Shown here piece by piece: positions 36,738-49,958 of a DNA stretch of 64,000 nt. Every line of letters begins with the position of its first letter. Position 1 is the stretch's first letter. Source of the DNA: Klebsormidium nitens. Taxonomy: Eukaryota > Plantae > Klebsormidiophyceae. A model generated the notes under the pieces. The model was not told the origin of the DNA and ran no database searches. It was given only the letters and a program-made list of their open reading frames with translations. Location: positions 62,001-126,000 of the forward strand of contig DF236990.1 of NCBI GenBank assembly GCA_000708835.1, in the 5' to 3' direction. A program made the translations under genes and the position numbers.

Positions 36738-37386
36738 AAGCACGCGGTGTCCACCACTTATGAGAAAGTCAAGAAGATTGCTTATGCCTCTGAGAATGCT
36801 GGGCAGGCATGACGAGCTGGACAGTACAAGTCCAATGATGCTCTTTGATCAGCGGGACCCAAAAAAAAGCACGGAAACCCCCGATCGTGACACTATCAAG
36901 TAAGAGATCTTATGAGGTTTTGAGCAGATCACCAAGGCACCTACAACTTTAAGATGCACAAGAGGCAAACGCCAACGAGCCCAACCTGTCTAGCCAGCCA
37001 TGCAATGATGCATCGCCCCCGTTCCATCCCTCCCTTTCGTATTCCAAGTTCTGGCGAGTTCTGTGCATTGGGGGAGCCCCATCAAGGTGACGTCACGACC
37101 CTGCTGACATATGCGAGGACTGGTCCTGCAAATTTGTTCATCGAAGAAAATCAGCATTTGCGGACCCTCGAACATCCTTTTGTATCGAAAGTTGAAACCC
37201 TCGTCCGCTATGAAATTCGCGCCGTGACTGCTGCTGTGAGTCTCGATTGCTGCCTTATATCGTATCTTTGCCTTGACGTATTCACTTCTATAAATCCCTG
37301 ATTTTCAGCACTCTTTTACGTGCAGTAAAATACGTCATGCCTGCTTGCCTGAACACTTGAACTTGAAGTTGAAGTTGCCGCGCAGC

Positions 37387-39498
37387 ATGGCAGTGGCAGA
37401 TTCGTGCAAGAAGCAGAAGAACAGCGCGCTGAGGGAGTTTCTGTTGGCAGCCATGGCCCCGCTGAGGACTGATGACGACCTGTCGCGTGCTGCAGCAACG
37501 GACCCCACCTCCCTGGATGTCAGCGCCGCGCTCGCATTCGTGACCACCCTGCCATCGCCTCGAACGTTCCGGACACAAGCGTATGTGCCAAGGCACAGCT
37601 TTAGCATTCTCAATGGGCGGCCAGTTTCGCACATGCCTGCATTGCCCGAGAGGAAGCGGAGGGGCGGGTTTGCGGCGAGGTTAGATGCGTTCAGACTGGG
37701 TGTGGAACAGCAACTACATGGATTGCAGCAGACCGCGGCTGAAACGCTGCAGAATGTGCAGAATGCCGCAAAGGAGGTGTTCGTAGACCTAGGTTTGATT
37801 GAGAAAGAAGGTGTGATCGAGGAGGAGACGGTGCCGGAGTGGTATGAAGATGAAGCTTTCAAGGTGAGGGAACTGCAGTTTGTTTATTCTTTCTGAAGTG
37901 AGTCGGAAGGATGCTATGATGGCTTGTGGAGTTGCTGTAGCCGCCTCCATTGGAATGAGAAGCCGCTAAGTGAAATTGTAGGCACTGCTGGAGCTCCGCT
38001 AAGGCGAGTATGCATGCAGAAGGTGAAGCCACCTTCTTCTTTATTTTTCTTGGATGAAATGACCTTCTCTTTAGCGAACATCGCAGATTCACGTCCACCT
38101 TCACATCTTTGGCGGAGTTGCAGCAATCTATACCACACTCTAAGCAGCTTCAGGTTCAACATAGGCTTGTTCCTAGTCTTGGCGCCGCTTTTCAAAGTGG
38201 CGGGCGCCAATCATAATTTGGCGCCCTTCGCAAAGTGCGTTGTGCCAGTTACGTACTCTCTTTACTACGTCGCAAGCAGGGCAAGCGGCCAGGACTGCTA
38301 AAATTGCGGCATTGAACGCGGTCGGTTTACCATGCTGATTTGTCCTAGTTTTAAGGAATCATATGTGCTAAGACATCCCAGTCAAGAGCCTCGATGGTAT
38401 AGATTGTGCACCTAATGCGTCCCTACTGGTGATGAACAGTCCTCCGTTTGCAAAACCTGATGTGCACGCAAGCAACAAATATAGCAACGTGATATCATTG
38501 CAGATACAATCACAAAACCAGTGCATGCAACCGCATGCCTCAGCATTTCCTAGTGATACAGAACAGGCCTTCAGCAGGATTGTCTTTCTCCCTAGCAGGT
38601 TGAGACAATGGAGCCTGTTTACAACCCCCTTGCGTCAGGCCAATTCGCCGCGATCCTTCCAGGGGACGGCGTTGCTGAGATGGTGGCAACAACCAGCATC
38701 CTCAACTTTTTGAACATTTACAACACCCTCCTGATTGGTCGCCTCGTGCTGACGTGGTTCCCAAACCCTCCTCAAATTATTGCTAACCCCCTGAGGTGAG
38801 CAATCTCACCCCTCATTTCAATTACTAGGAAACAGATGTTTGATGGATGTGGTCAGAGCTGGACACCTGATGGATCAAGTGGCATCGCACTGTTGCGATT
38901 CCAGCAAGTTTTTTCCAGCAAGTGAGGAATTTGGGCCATCGCGCACTACTTTTGCCCAAAGGACATGCTGGCGCTAATTGTTGGCCGCTCCAGATTCATT
39001 TTGCCAAATATGTGGCTTGTCATAGCATCGAATACTGGCAAGTATGGGCCAAGACAGTTGGACAGGCCAGCCCTTCGATGGCACGAGGAGTATTCATCAC
39101 TTCATTGTTGCTTTTCAGAACGTGTGACAAACAGGTAAACGTTTCCTCCTCTAGCTGGCCGTTATTTTTTTCCGTCCATCTTGTTCTTCTCCTGCCAAAA
39201 CTGGCTTATTGATGAGCTCGTTCATTTACTTTGCAGCACGATCTGCGACCCATACTTGAACCTGTTCCGGGGCATCATTCCTCCTATTGGTGGCACTATC
39301 GATCTGTCACCCGTGCTTGCGTTCCTGGCCCTGAACGTCTTCACGAACGCCGCACAAGCGCTTCCAGCGGAGATCCCTCCAGGGTCGAACGAGCCAGTTT
39401 ACACCGCGCCGGCGATGTCAGAGAACGAAGTCTCGAAGGCACCAGCCCGGAAGCGGGGCCCTAGGAACCTGAAAAGCCTCTTCAAGATCTACAAGTAG
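37387..39498 (+). CDS. YLMG2: YGGT/YlmG family plastid membrane protein (YLMG2-type), 3 exons
   Basis: Exons 37387-37862, 38599-38795, 39237-39498. Joined protein contains FAAILPGDGVAE...NFLNIYNTLLIGRLVLTWFPNPP...PLSTICDPYLNLFRGIIPPIGGTIDLSPVLAFLALN, with a long N-terminal extension resembling a transit peptide. Confidence 0.9.
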
Positions 39499-40149
39499 GG
39501 ACTCATTCTTTCAAAGGGCGACTCACTGGAGCCCGAGGTGCTCCACCATTTTTGGAAGCTAGTGTTGCCGTTGAGTTGTTATCAGTTGTATCCAAACGAT
39601 TGAATTTTAATGGCCAGCTTCAAGTTCGAGCCTGTCGCCCCGTCTGATGGGTCTCTTCACCGATTTGCATGATGAGACTGAGCGTCTGGATGTATGCTCG
39701 TTCCGTCACCTTGGTGACATTGTAGCATACTTGAGTGTTTAGCGGCAGTCTACGTGTCTTCTATGAGTTGGCCGCAATCGTGATACTAAGGGCACACGAC
39801 CTTCAAGTTAGTGGACTGTGGCCGTCACTGACTGATGTCTGGGACGGTTGAATGCAATTGCAGTCCACGGCTGTTCGACTCTTTTGATTCTAAACCAAAC
39901 AGTATGCGGGGTTAGCTTAAGTTGATATTGAGTGCAATGGCCTGCAGCTATATGCTGCATGGGTTTGAGCAATCTTCTTGAAGCATGCGCTTACTGGGGG
40001 CCTGCCGGCTCGATCAATCACATACGGCCAAGTACGCTGCGCATTCAACATTACGCAAGTGACTGATCTGGCCAGATCATTCAATGGCTATGGCCATGCT
40101 CAAGCATGTGACAGCTGCGGCATGGCGCGGCCCAGCCTTGGAAAAAAAT

Positions 40150-40480
40150 TGCTACTGATCGAGGATCATGATATGTAGGTACATGATGCATCATCTATGT
40201 CATGGACCAGTGCGCATGCGGGCCGGTCGCAAGATTTAAGTTACTAGACCTACTGTTAGTATACAGGATCGACAGCCGCGAGTCGGAAAGATCTTATACA
40301 CATGTTGCATGATCATGCAGTGTAGATGACTCTGTCGGATCATGCAAGCTGCCCTCGAGTCCCGCGCACAATGCAGCGGCCGCAGTCCAGTGGTCCTGCA
40401 TGACGGTGTTCAATGATCGGAAGTTGTGTCATGTGCGAGTATGGTGCATGTGTACAATCATTGAACCGCATGTTGTGATG
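40150..40480. other. ApT/TpA-rich palindrome-dense island between convergent genes (YLMG2 / orphan)
   Basis: gaggatcatgatatgtaggtacatgatgcatcatctatgtcatgg and catgttgcatgatcatgcag; very dense catg/gatc/tgca. Confidence 0.6.
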
Positions 40481-40927
40481 CTTCGAAACACCCAGCCGTG
40501 AATTATAAGCGAAGTGCACGTTTTTGTAGAGACCATCAGGCCAAAAACTGCGCCTACCACTGTGCAATGAGTAGAACATCCCAGAATTGGTCAGGTCCGC
40601 TTGACGAGCATATAGTGATGATGCTTCAAAAGCGCAGCCAGCAAGATTCTAAAGCCCCTTGCACCGAAGGCTTGATTCGATCTGGCAAAGGCCTGGCTCG
40701 ACAATCAAGCTGCCAATCGCAACCGCTAAGGGCTCAGCACATGCAAGGCTGAGGTACCCCAGTGTTCTGTCCAGGATCCCCAATCAACACGCGAGTGGCA
40801 ACTGGCTTTCAGCACAACCAAAGGTACTGACGCATCTTTCCTAATCAGTGACATACTAACGGGCGAGCTGTAACGTAGATAACCTTGAGCTGTGCCACAG
40901 TCAACCGAGCGCCCACGCTAGCGCCGC

Positions 40928-42740
40928 CTAGTCATCGTCCTCAATCGGGGGCGCGTAGATGTCGTAGTCCGTCTGCAGCGTCGGGTGCAGGCGCTCCCAG
41001 ATGACCGTGCACACGGCCGCGAGGATCCAGTAGTCGCGCCACAGGGGCCAGATGTGATCGACGATGAGGCGCTGCAGGGGCTGGACCCAGTCCATGTCGA
41101 GTAGGACGTAATCGACGGCGGCCCACATCCAGCGCCAGAGCGTGACGATGCCCTTGGGCACCCAGGCGAGGTCGTAGAGGCTGTAGTGGCGCAGGCCAGC
41201 GACGAATTGGAGGAGGCTGCAAAGGAAAGAAGAAGTGAGGACAATCAATAGAATCATTGTCAATCTCGTTGACTGGCTTGTGACAGCCCAGAGTCGAAAA
41301 AACCCTGATATCATTGCGGTTGGGAAGCTTCAAGCGGAGCTTTCGGGTAGACCTGCGGCGGTAATGACGACTCAGCTTCGGCCGAAGGAGCAGAGAGTCG
41401 GACAGGGCTGCCAAAAGAAGTCAACGGACGGCTCTCAAAAACGTGCTTCACGCTCACAGCCAACAATCGGGTGCACAGGACGGCAAGAGCCGAGCAAGAA
41501 TCTTGGAAGAGTACAATGGTGTGACTGCCTGCACGATGTCCGACTGGAAGCTGCACAATTGACTCTCAAAAAGGATACAAGCTGACAATCTGTAAGCTGG
41601 TCCGAACAGGCAAAGAACTTCATGCCAAAGTGAGGCTTTGACTGACCGCAAAGCGAGCTAACCACAACCCTTTACACAGGGTTCGAAAAAAACATTCGGA
41701 GAGATGACGTGTACGACTATCTTGAGCGATTCCGTTTGACCACCTGGCGGAAGTCAAATCACCCAAGCTGCGCAACAAAGATATACTCACATCGTGAAGG
41801 CAAAGAACTGCAGCAGTCTGTACAGGACCTGTACGCCCACTCGCCGTGCTTCCGGTGCGCCATCCTGCGCCATCACATACGTCTCGTCCGCCCATTCCCG
41901 CACCCCCCCGAGGCCCTCTTTCGCGCCCTTTCGAATAAGGGACACTGTGCGCTCTACCGTCGTGTTGAGAACACTACTCAGGACAGGGCCCACCCTCCGC
42001 TTCACAAACTTTGGCACGAAGAAGAGGACTATCCGGACAACAAGTTCAAAGGGTTTCAGGAACCAGGGGGTTTTGAAGGTCGGGGCGCCGTCTCCATATA
42101 CGATTGGTTTGACCGCAGCGCTCGTCCTATTCTTGACAGCCTGGATGGGCCAGAACCGCCAAAGCACAGAGATTATTCCCGCGCCTAGTAAGAGCACCCG
42201 GTGCAAAACGAGCAGAACTTTCACGATCACGAAACGGACGGCTCCGTCGATCACACTCAGGACTGCGATAAGCGGCCCCCCAGAGGTGGCCGTGCTACTC
42301 CCCCGACCGCTCGTTTCTTCGTCCCACCGACTGTTCGCCCTGCCGGACGGCCCGGCAGCAGACTGCTCCACAGCATCAGCGTTTCCCCCGCTTGCGCTCA
42401 ACCGTCCGCTTCCCCTCCCTATATCTGTCCAAACATCAGCAGATGATTCTGAAGCTCCTGAACCCAAAAAGCTGCTGCGTTCAATTGGCAAGTGATCGGC
42501 ATGTGCTCGTCTACTAGAGTGCAACCGGAAGCTGCGGGAGTGAGAGGCAATCAGGCTCTGCGTTTGCGGATTGCTGATGAGGGGGCTTGCGAAATGGGTA
42601 GCTTTGCGGCTTAGAAGTGGAAGTGACAACGGGAAGGTCTGAGAGCAGGGGGATGTAACATTTGGCTGGGCGAGCTGGCGATATGCGGCGCCAGGTTGGA
42701 CGCAACCAAAAGTGGCGCTATGCTGAAGACTGCTCGCCAT
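40928..42740 (-). CDS. Hypothetical, probably plastid-targeted membrane protein, 2 exons
   Basis: Exon 1 is 42740-41791 (Ser/Arg-rich N-terminus like a transit peptide, then hydrophobic stretches), donor at|gtgagt. Exon 2 is 41216-40928, phase-compatible, with GC3-rich codons and a Trp-rich segment ending PPIEDDD*. No family recognised. Confidence 0.7.
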
Positions 42741-43869
42741 TGCTTAAGCACCCTTTTAATTGACTAGCAGAAGCGCAGCTGCAAAGAAAGCGAGGGCACA
42801 CAATGTCAGGAACAGGCCAGCTCTGCATGGTCCTCTGGTTTGCTTGGAACTCGGGTTTCCGTGCTCCCATGGAAGGCACAAGTTGCGCGCGAGTGACGCA
42901 GTCTGGATGCAGTGACAACCTAGTACTTTCAACGCCAGCTTGCAAAGCAATGAACGGCGAGCGACGGCTGCCGCACAGAAACATTGCTTTTGAAACAGAA
43001 AGTTCACCATTACCAAGAAAGGCACAGCAACTTTAGTTTCCCACCGGAAAAGGCATCATTGAAAGTGCTTTGTGTGGAGGTTATCTGCGGGTGACCAAAA
43101 CGTGCCAGAAAAGTGAAAAGCACTCTTGCATTGCCAATTGCATGCAGCGCAACAACAATTTTGCTCTTCCAGTGTTTGCTTCACCTGCTTGCGTCAAGAG
43201 GTCATCTGGCGAAGTGCACTTGGCTTTCCCGAAAAGAGTACAGCAACCATCGGAGCAATGTGGGGCGCTTCTTGAACCGAAACCTTGGCGCCAGCGCCTG
43301 TAGCACCACACAAGGAAGTGGAAGGCAGCATGTGCCAACTCTCTTCTCTTTGTGCCAGTGAAGTCTATGCCTATGGGCCCCTTGTCCTTCGGCTTGCGCC
43401 ACCCTATCCAACGAAGGCGCCTCTGAAGTACAGTAAAATACGAAATACGATCCTGGTTTCGGCTGCAGCGTCAGGCGGAACTCTGCTGAGAAGCGTTCCG
43501 GCGGAACTCTGCTGATGTCAGTGAAATAAGACCAGAACAGCGGAACCCGTTGGCCCTAGAGGCTCGCACGTGCCATGGCGGCCAACTTGATCTGCGTTGT
43601 GCAGGCGCCTCCAACTTGGCAACTGCATCATTTGCGCTGCTTCTCTTCTCCAGTAGGACTCTCCTTCCCATTGCCTTCTTACTTTCGTGCATTCCACGTT
43701 TCTGCGGACGCTGCAAAACGCGGCTTGCTTTTGAAATATGAGAATGCGTTAGCCCCGTAAAGCGAGGAGGAGCACCCGATTCCGGAGAGTTGCGGGAATG
43801 CTTGGGCTGATTGGGACATCCAACTGAGCATCCGATACAGTCAGAGAGTTGGGCAGAAGCATGAGGATA

Positions 43870-46646
43870 ATGGAAGAAGTGGCCACAACCGCGGACGTAG
43901 CCAATTCCAGCAATGATTTCTCCCTGCTGACTGGGCCGCACCATGGCATTTCCGGCATTGTTAATAACAGCGCCCTCATGGCTGCATTCCTTGCTTTTTT
44001 CCTAGCACAGTCCCTGAAAGTCTTCACGACCTGGTGAGTGACTGATGCCTTTTCAAATTAGGGTTTGACGTGGATCTGACAAATCGCTTCGCGTTCTGCC
44101 AGATTTTTATCTGCTTGACAGCAGTTGAACCCGCTTGTTGGCAGATTGGATAAAGAAGTAGCCCTTGCAACGCCCCTGCGTTCCAAGTTGGACCTCAGAG
44201 CCTACGTCGAATCCAGACTAAGAAGTCTTTCCAATCCATTCTCTTACACAAGGCTGTGCTGAGAATCTAGGGTTCCATAAATAAAGCAGCTGTGGCCGCC
44301 GTCTGATAAAGCCTCGCTCAAATGAGAGACCATGATTGCAGTAGGTCTCCTTTCTGCAGCCACCGAAGCCTCTGCTGTTTGCAAAGCTTGGTTGATGAAC
44401 TGATGAGTTAAATATCACATATGCAGGCTTGGCTTTGGTTGACGATGACACTTGCCCCCGCAGGTACAAAGAGAAGCGGTGGGACTTTAAGCGGATGGTC
44501 AGCTCAGGAGGGATGCCCTCCTCGCACTCATCATGTGCCATGGGCCTGGCGACTTCAGTGGGGCTGCGGGAGGGGCCCGGCAGCCCCCTCTTTGCGATGT
44601 GCATGGTGTTCGCTGGAGTTGTGAGTCGCTCAGACTCGGTGCTCCTTGTATAGAGTCTTTCTTAAGATGGTTGCGTTGCTACTCTTGGCGTCCTTGTATC
44701 TCAAAATACGAGATTGAGAAATGAGCGCACGCATCTCACTTAGGCAATTGATGCACCAGTAGAAAGGTTCTGATTGATTCCACCTCAACCAAAAGAACTC
44801 ACAAAGTCTCGCAGAGTCACTTTGCTTGAATAATGCTCACCGGAGGTTCTCAGCACTGGTTTCCTTCTCCCCTTTGACAACACTTAAGAGATCTTGGTAT
44901 TGAGTGAAGCTACTCTGCGTGCCATGCCTGTGGTGGTGAAACTGATCTTTTAAAGAGTAGCTCAAGCGTAAAGCATCCAAAGTCTTCAGTTGGTCTGCTC
45001 TGGGACGTTTTACCAAGCCTCACACCAATCGCTCTCGCCAGTCGGGTGCCTATTTCTGTCCGCGCCCCGAACTTGCCTGATCAATGCCTGAACAGTGTTC
45101 TATGGACGAGCTCGATTGATCACGACTGTATAAACAGGTGTTTTGAAGGAGAAAATCAATCCCGTCCCTTGAGTGGCGTCTGAGTACCGATTGTTTCTGG
45201 AAGGAACTCAATTCCAATGCCCATCTGGCTTAGCTGCCACATGAGCTTGCCGTTTTGAAGATTATGTAGCAGAGGAAAGTGGTTGGGTGATGGGAAATCC
45301 AGACAGGGAGTTGATCCTTAGCGTCAGCCAATGGGAAGAGTGAAGTATCCCTGAGAGTCGGTTTGTGCTGGGCCCCCGATCAGTCAACAGTCGGGCAGAA
45401 CATCGTTGAAACCAAGCGGGTTAGCCCTTCTGATGACCGACTGTGATTGCAGGTTATGTATGATGCATCTGGTGTCCGATTGCATGCGGGCAGGCAGGCG
45501 GAGGTGAGGCTCGCAGTTTTTAGTGTCTATGATAAGGACCGACCACCAAGTGATACGTCTATGCAAGATTGTGAGTCGTTTAATCAGAAATGCAATCTTG
45601 CATCGAGAGGTCAGATGCATGTTGTGGAACATTTGACCAAGTTCGAAGTGATTGCGTCTATCGTCTTAAGCAACCACTCCATCTTAATCTCGCTCGTCGC
45701 TCAGATCGGCACTCTTTCATTTCCCAAACGGCTTGCGTATAGACCCATGCATCCTTGAGTCTCTTCGTATCAGTTGAAGGTCTTCTAATAGGCTTAAGAC
45801 GGCCAAGAATTCTGGAAATATTGTTTGACGTTGGACATGCCCCATGCGCATGGACACATGATGGAGCCAATATCCCGATTGGCTTTTTCGCTTTTGCCTT
45901 GCGTACCTCTTTCAAGACACCAGGTTTTCAATGACACGAGTCGGACAAGTCTCTCTGGTAAGATACTCGCAGTCAGTATGACTCTGATCGGTTTCTTGTA
46001 CAGGTCCTGAACCAAATAGTGTATGAGCTACCGCCCGAGCACCCGTTGGCCGACTCGCGGCCGCTCCGGGAAGTCCTCGGGCATACGCCGCCTCAGGTTC
46101 GTGCTTCAAATCCCGTCTCAAATCAGAATTCGTTGGTTGCCTGACTTATGCCATCGGATCTTAAAACCGGAGTGTATACGACAGTCTAACTATCTTTAAG
46201 AAGACCCTCAGAGGGAGAGTCCGTGCAATACAGCCTTATTGTTGGTCCAAGATAATCATTTACCGGTGTATTTTTGCTATCGAATGTTGAATACTCCGGC
46301 TTCGCACTTGACAATCAGATATGTGCTTCCAAAACTGCTCAGCACCACAGGTACTCTTGTCTTGCGGAGAGATTGTAACTGCTCTAGCCCAAGTTTTTCA
46401 GCAGCCTGAAAGCTTGCCGCTTCACTTCTTAAAGACCTCGGAAGGTGGCTGCTCAGCCCCTGGTGAGCAGCCACTGGATGATTCTTGTGTTTGAAGCGAG
46501 TTCTCAAGCGATTGCATACGGGACACTTTCGATGAGCAGTCACTTTTTTGTTGCAGGTTCTGGCTGGGGCTTTGCTGGGGTGCATCACAGCTTACTTCTT
46601 ATATATGTTGTTTCCCGACTATACGATGCCAATACTTCGACCCTGA
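43870..46646 (+). CDS. DUF212 / acid phosphatase-vanadium-dependent haloperoxidase-related membrane protein, 5 exons
   Basis: MEEVATTADVA...LAQSLKVFTTW | YKEKRWDFKRMVSSGGMPSSHS...FAGV | VMYDASGVRLHAGRQAE | VLNQIVYELPPEHPLADSRPLREVLGHTPPQ | VLAGALLG...*. SGGMPSSHS, VMYDA.GVR and LGHTP are diagnostic. An alternative in-frame ATG lies at 43861. Confidence 0.92.
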
Positions 46647-46899
46647 CAAGCTTTAGGGATCATCCTACTTCTGAGCGAAAGCTAGTTCAGGGTACATACA
46701 TACAGTAGTCTTGGCAACCTGACCGATTGGACAGTCATTACAAACTCCATGTTTGACCCAGTCGGACCCCAACTTACAATACAATGACGGGTCGCCCATA
46801 TCAAGTCTGCACGCGTGCATTTCCACTTGATTGCAATATGTGCCTTGAAGGGTCCGGTGTCATCAGCTAATGAGATTGAATTGAATTCCCCATGCTTGC

Positions 46900-47050
46900 C
46901 ACTTTCCAATCATGTTGTGTCATGTTGTTAACAATTGTAATGATCATATGCATACATGGATGGTTAAGATGCGTGACATGATGCTAGCTGGTGCACCGCC
47001 ACTGAGCACGACCAGACTCAGATCCATGGTCCAGCTGATTCTGATTTTCG
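46900..47050. other. ApT-rich island between convergent genes (DUF212 / RPL39)
   Basis: catgttgtgtcatgttgttaacaattgtaatgatcatatgcatacatggatgg; about 14 ApT in about 80 nt by hand count. Confidence 0.6.
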
Positions 47051-47889
47051 GATCATAAGTTCACTGAGGCTTGCCAGCATGCAACATTTGGAGAGCCGCG
47101 CACCTTCAAAGACAGCTTGCAGGCCGTTCAATGTAGGTACCTTGCACTATATTGTACTCTTCTGTTTATATGCGTGTATAGTGACTGGCCCGCTGGAACC
47201 AAGGAAAAACATGAGAAAGCCGGCAGCCCATACAGCATGCGTATGGTCGGACTTAGGCCGCCAGGGTCTAAGAGACAAACAAACGGAATATACACTGCAT
47301 GTATAAAGACTTCTATTAAGTATCACGTTCTATGTTGAGGAGCTCTGAGTCCAAAATACCTGGTTCAGTGAGCAGCATGTCACAGACACCACTTCAATGA
47401 CCAGCATAGTGACACACACTGAAGGTTACAAAGATGCATGTTCGCAGCCATCCAACTCCGACCTGCAACACGGTCGGAGCATTGCCGCTCTGGAGCAAAA
47501 AGCCTTCCTTAGCGAGCTGCATAAAACTGGCTCAATTCTTCTCGATAACCTGACCCCTGGGTTTCCGAGCCGCCTGTAAAGGATCGCAAACCGCATCTTC
47601 CACATGTGGCATCATCATTCCATAACGACTTGTTGTTGCCTCCACCGACTTGCATCGCGGAGGGATAGAACGATAGGGAACATGATAACATGTGGCGCTT
47701 GAGCTTCGGCACACTAGGGTAGAGGTGCACGAAGAATATGGCTTAGGCGAAACAGCCGGATATTCTGCTGAGTCCGTGCCAAGATCCTGTTGTAAAGTAT
47801 CCTGGTGTCTTATGCAGATTCAGCAGGTTGCCAGCACAATTCACCTGACCATAATGCTGCAGTCCATGTCCCTTTGCACCGCTGCAAAT

Positions 47890-49594
47890 CTACAACCCGA
47901 GCTTTGTCCTGCGCCAGTGACGCCTCTTGGCATTGTACCTGAGAGGTAAAGAAATAAGCAGTGTAAGCTTTTCCACGCCAACAATAGTAGGCTTCCTGGC
48001 ATGACAACGTTCAAACGCCTGATGGCAAGGCTTTTTTCGAAGCTGTTCAAGAACCATGGGGGTCCTCTATCTGCTATATCCTAGCAGAAATTCAAACTGC
48101 CCTCGGCGCGAGCCGTGTCAGGAACTGCAAAGTCGATGAGATAATGAAACGGCAGCAGAAAAAGACGTTCTGAAAGATGGAAGCCTTGCGAATCATGCTA
48201 GCATGAATCTACGCGAAGACTTCTGGCAAACCAAAAAGATAATTGATGGCCGGCGGTGGCAAAGGAATTGCGTGCAGAAGGTAAAGAGAAGGAGATCAAT
48301 ACAAAGCTCCCAGCCCACATAGTAATCCTGTCCTGCTCCGCCAAATTCGGTCAAGCCACAAACGTCGTATCGCCCGCTATGATTTAGCCCATTTCGCTCG
48401 GTCTACAGATAGACCACAATAGAAGCTTTTCACTGTAGTGCAACGTGACTACAATTCTAGCTTGAGCCTTCGATGACTTCGTTCCTCCGCCACAACCCCA
48501 CAATCGATGTTGCCTACACCTGTCTTTCAATGCTTCTTCATTGTGCCCAGCCTCGTTCCAAACTGGCAGCCTGGACCGCACCATTCAGCTGCTCGAAGCA
48601 TGGAACTTGTGACAATTTTGTTATTGGCCCCTGCCTCTCTAAGACTTCAGAATTCCAGTCATAACGCACTGCTTGACTAAACAATCCATACACCGAAATT
48701 ACACTAACATTCTCAGTTGAACACTGACCCAACACCTTTGGCTACCTGCTGAACCGACATAACCACATGCATACCTATCTTGCAGCACCCTGCAGTATCA
48801 GTAACTAGGTTTTGGAAAAACCTCCTTCCTCCATCACAGCCCAAATATCAGTAACCGGTATTTTTGCTACCGGAAAGACGTCAGAATGCGGTCTACTTGG
48901 AAAAAAAGCCCTTGATTTCAGCCCAATATCTGTTAGGCGTCCCACCAGTACAGCTAGTTGGAGCAATGATACAGGCGTTGGTTTGTTAAGCCCCTGGCCT
49001 TGCTGCTTTCGCGGTAACGGTGCGCTAGTACCTACTCCATGACCTTCTTCTTCACTACTCTTCCATCCAGCTGTCCATCTCGCGCTGCCCACTCATGACC
49101 AACTTACGACCATTACCATGGTCGATATATAACCCAGCTGATGCCCCTCCCCCAGCCCCACTGTCCGTCTTGCCGCTGATGGCATGCTGGCTTCCCTCTA
49201 GCTCACCTGATGCGGTTATCTGTCCTCATGCGGATCCATTGCGGGATGGGCCTGTTCTGCTTCTGCTTCTTGGCCAAGATCTGCTTGATCTTGAAGGTCT
49301 TCTGGGACGGCTGCAAACAAAAGCAGACGGTTCAGCAATCAAAATCAGATGGACAGAAAAAGCCGCTTAAAGACCTACCACGTTACCAACTTCGACTATC
49401 CTGTTCTTTTCGAATGATGCTGAAAAGCGACGGCTTACTGCCCCCAGATGAAAATAGTACTGCAAATTGAGCCTCCCGTCTCTGCCCCAAAAACACCGAT
49501 TTTACACCCTCTCTGAGCCAAACCATGTAAGGGGCTTGGGCATCCCCAACGGGAGGAGAACTCAAGAAGGTCAGCAAAAGTCCCTTCTCACCAT
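47890..49594 (-). CDS. RPL39: 60S ribosomal protein L39 (eL39), 3 exons; missing from the ORF track
   Basis: Exon 1 is the ATG only (49594-49592, gccaccatg|gtgag). Exon 2 is 49310-49207, [34 protein letters not shown](R). Exon 3 is 47938-47890, [15 protein letters not shown]. Total 51 aa, canonical eL39 sequence. Confidence 0.96.
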
Positions 49595-49779
49595 GGTGGC
49601 CGCCTGCAATAGGCCCCTCGTGCTGTTCTTTCAGAAGCTTGGAAAGGGAGGACTAAAGGGGCCGGCTCCATTCTTTGAGGGGCGCAGTCCTCTACAGTAA
49701 AGGTTTGGTACGCCCTCCACCGAAGATTTGAGTTGCGTGACCAAGGGGAATCCATGTAGAGGAATGAGTCCTCCATCAT

Positions 49780-49805
49780 AAACCCTAAACGTTTGCAAAC
49801 CCTAA
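49780..49805. promoter_or_regulatory. Two telo-boxes (AAACCCTAA) in the shared RPL39 / PPR-SMR upstream region
   Basis: aaaccctaa at 49780-49788 and 49797-49805, about 190 nt upstream of the RPL39 ATG, with nearby gggcc words (site II-like). Telo-boxes are established cis-elements of land-plant ribosomal protein genes. Confidence 0.65.
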
Positions 49806-49958
49806 ATGCGGTGAGCACAAGCTGACCAGAAAGAAAGGGCCCGCCATTGTGGGGCCATTGTTTGCCTTCGTTAAAACATTGCTCAACGAACAACATGTCT
49901 TTCTACTTGTAGGTAAGTAGACGCTTCATGCTACTGATTCCTTCCTTTAGCTGCAGAG

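Noticed and set aside
41794-42495. 233-aa plus-strand ORF
   Set aside because: Antisense shadow of the 42740-41791 exon, which has a start, splice donor and targeting-like N-terminus.
47360-47620. Possible box C/D snoRNA (ATGATGA on the minus strand) downstream of RPL39
   Set aside because: The nearest plausible D box with terminal stem is too far away, and I found no clear C/D pair inside the RPL39 introns either.
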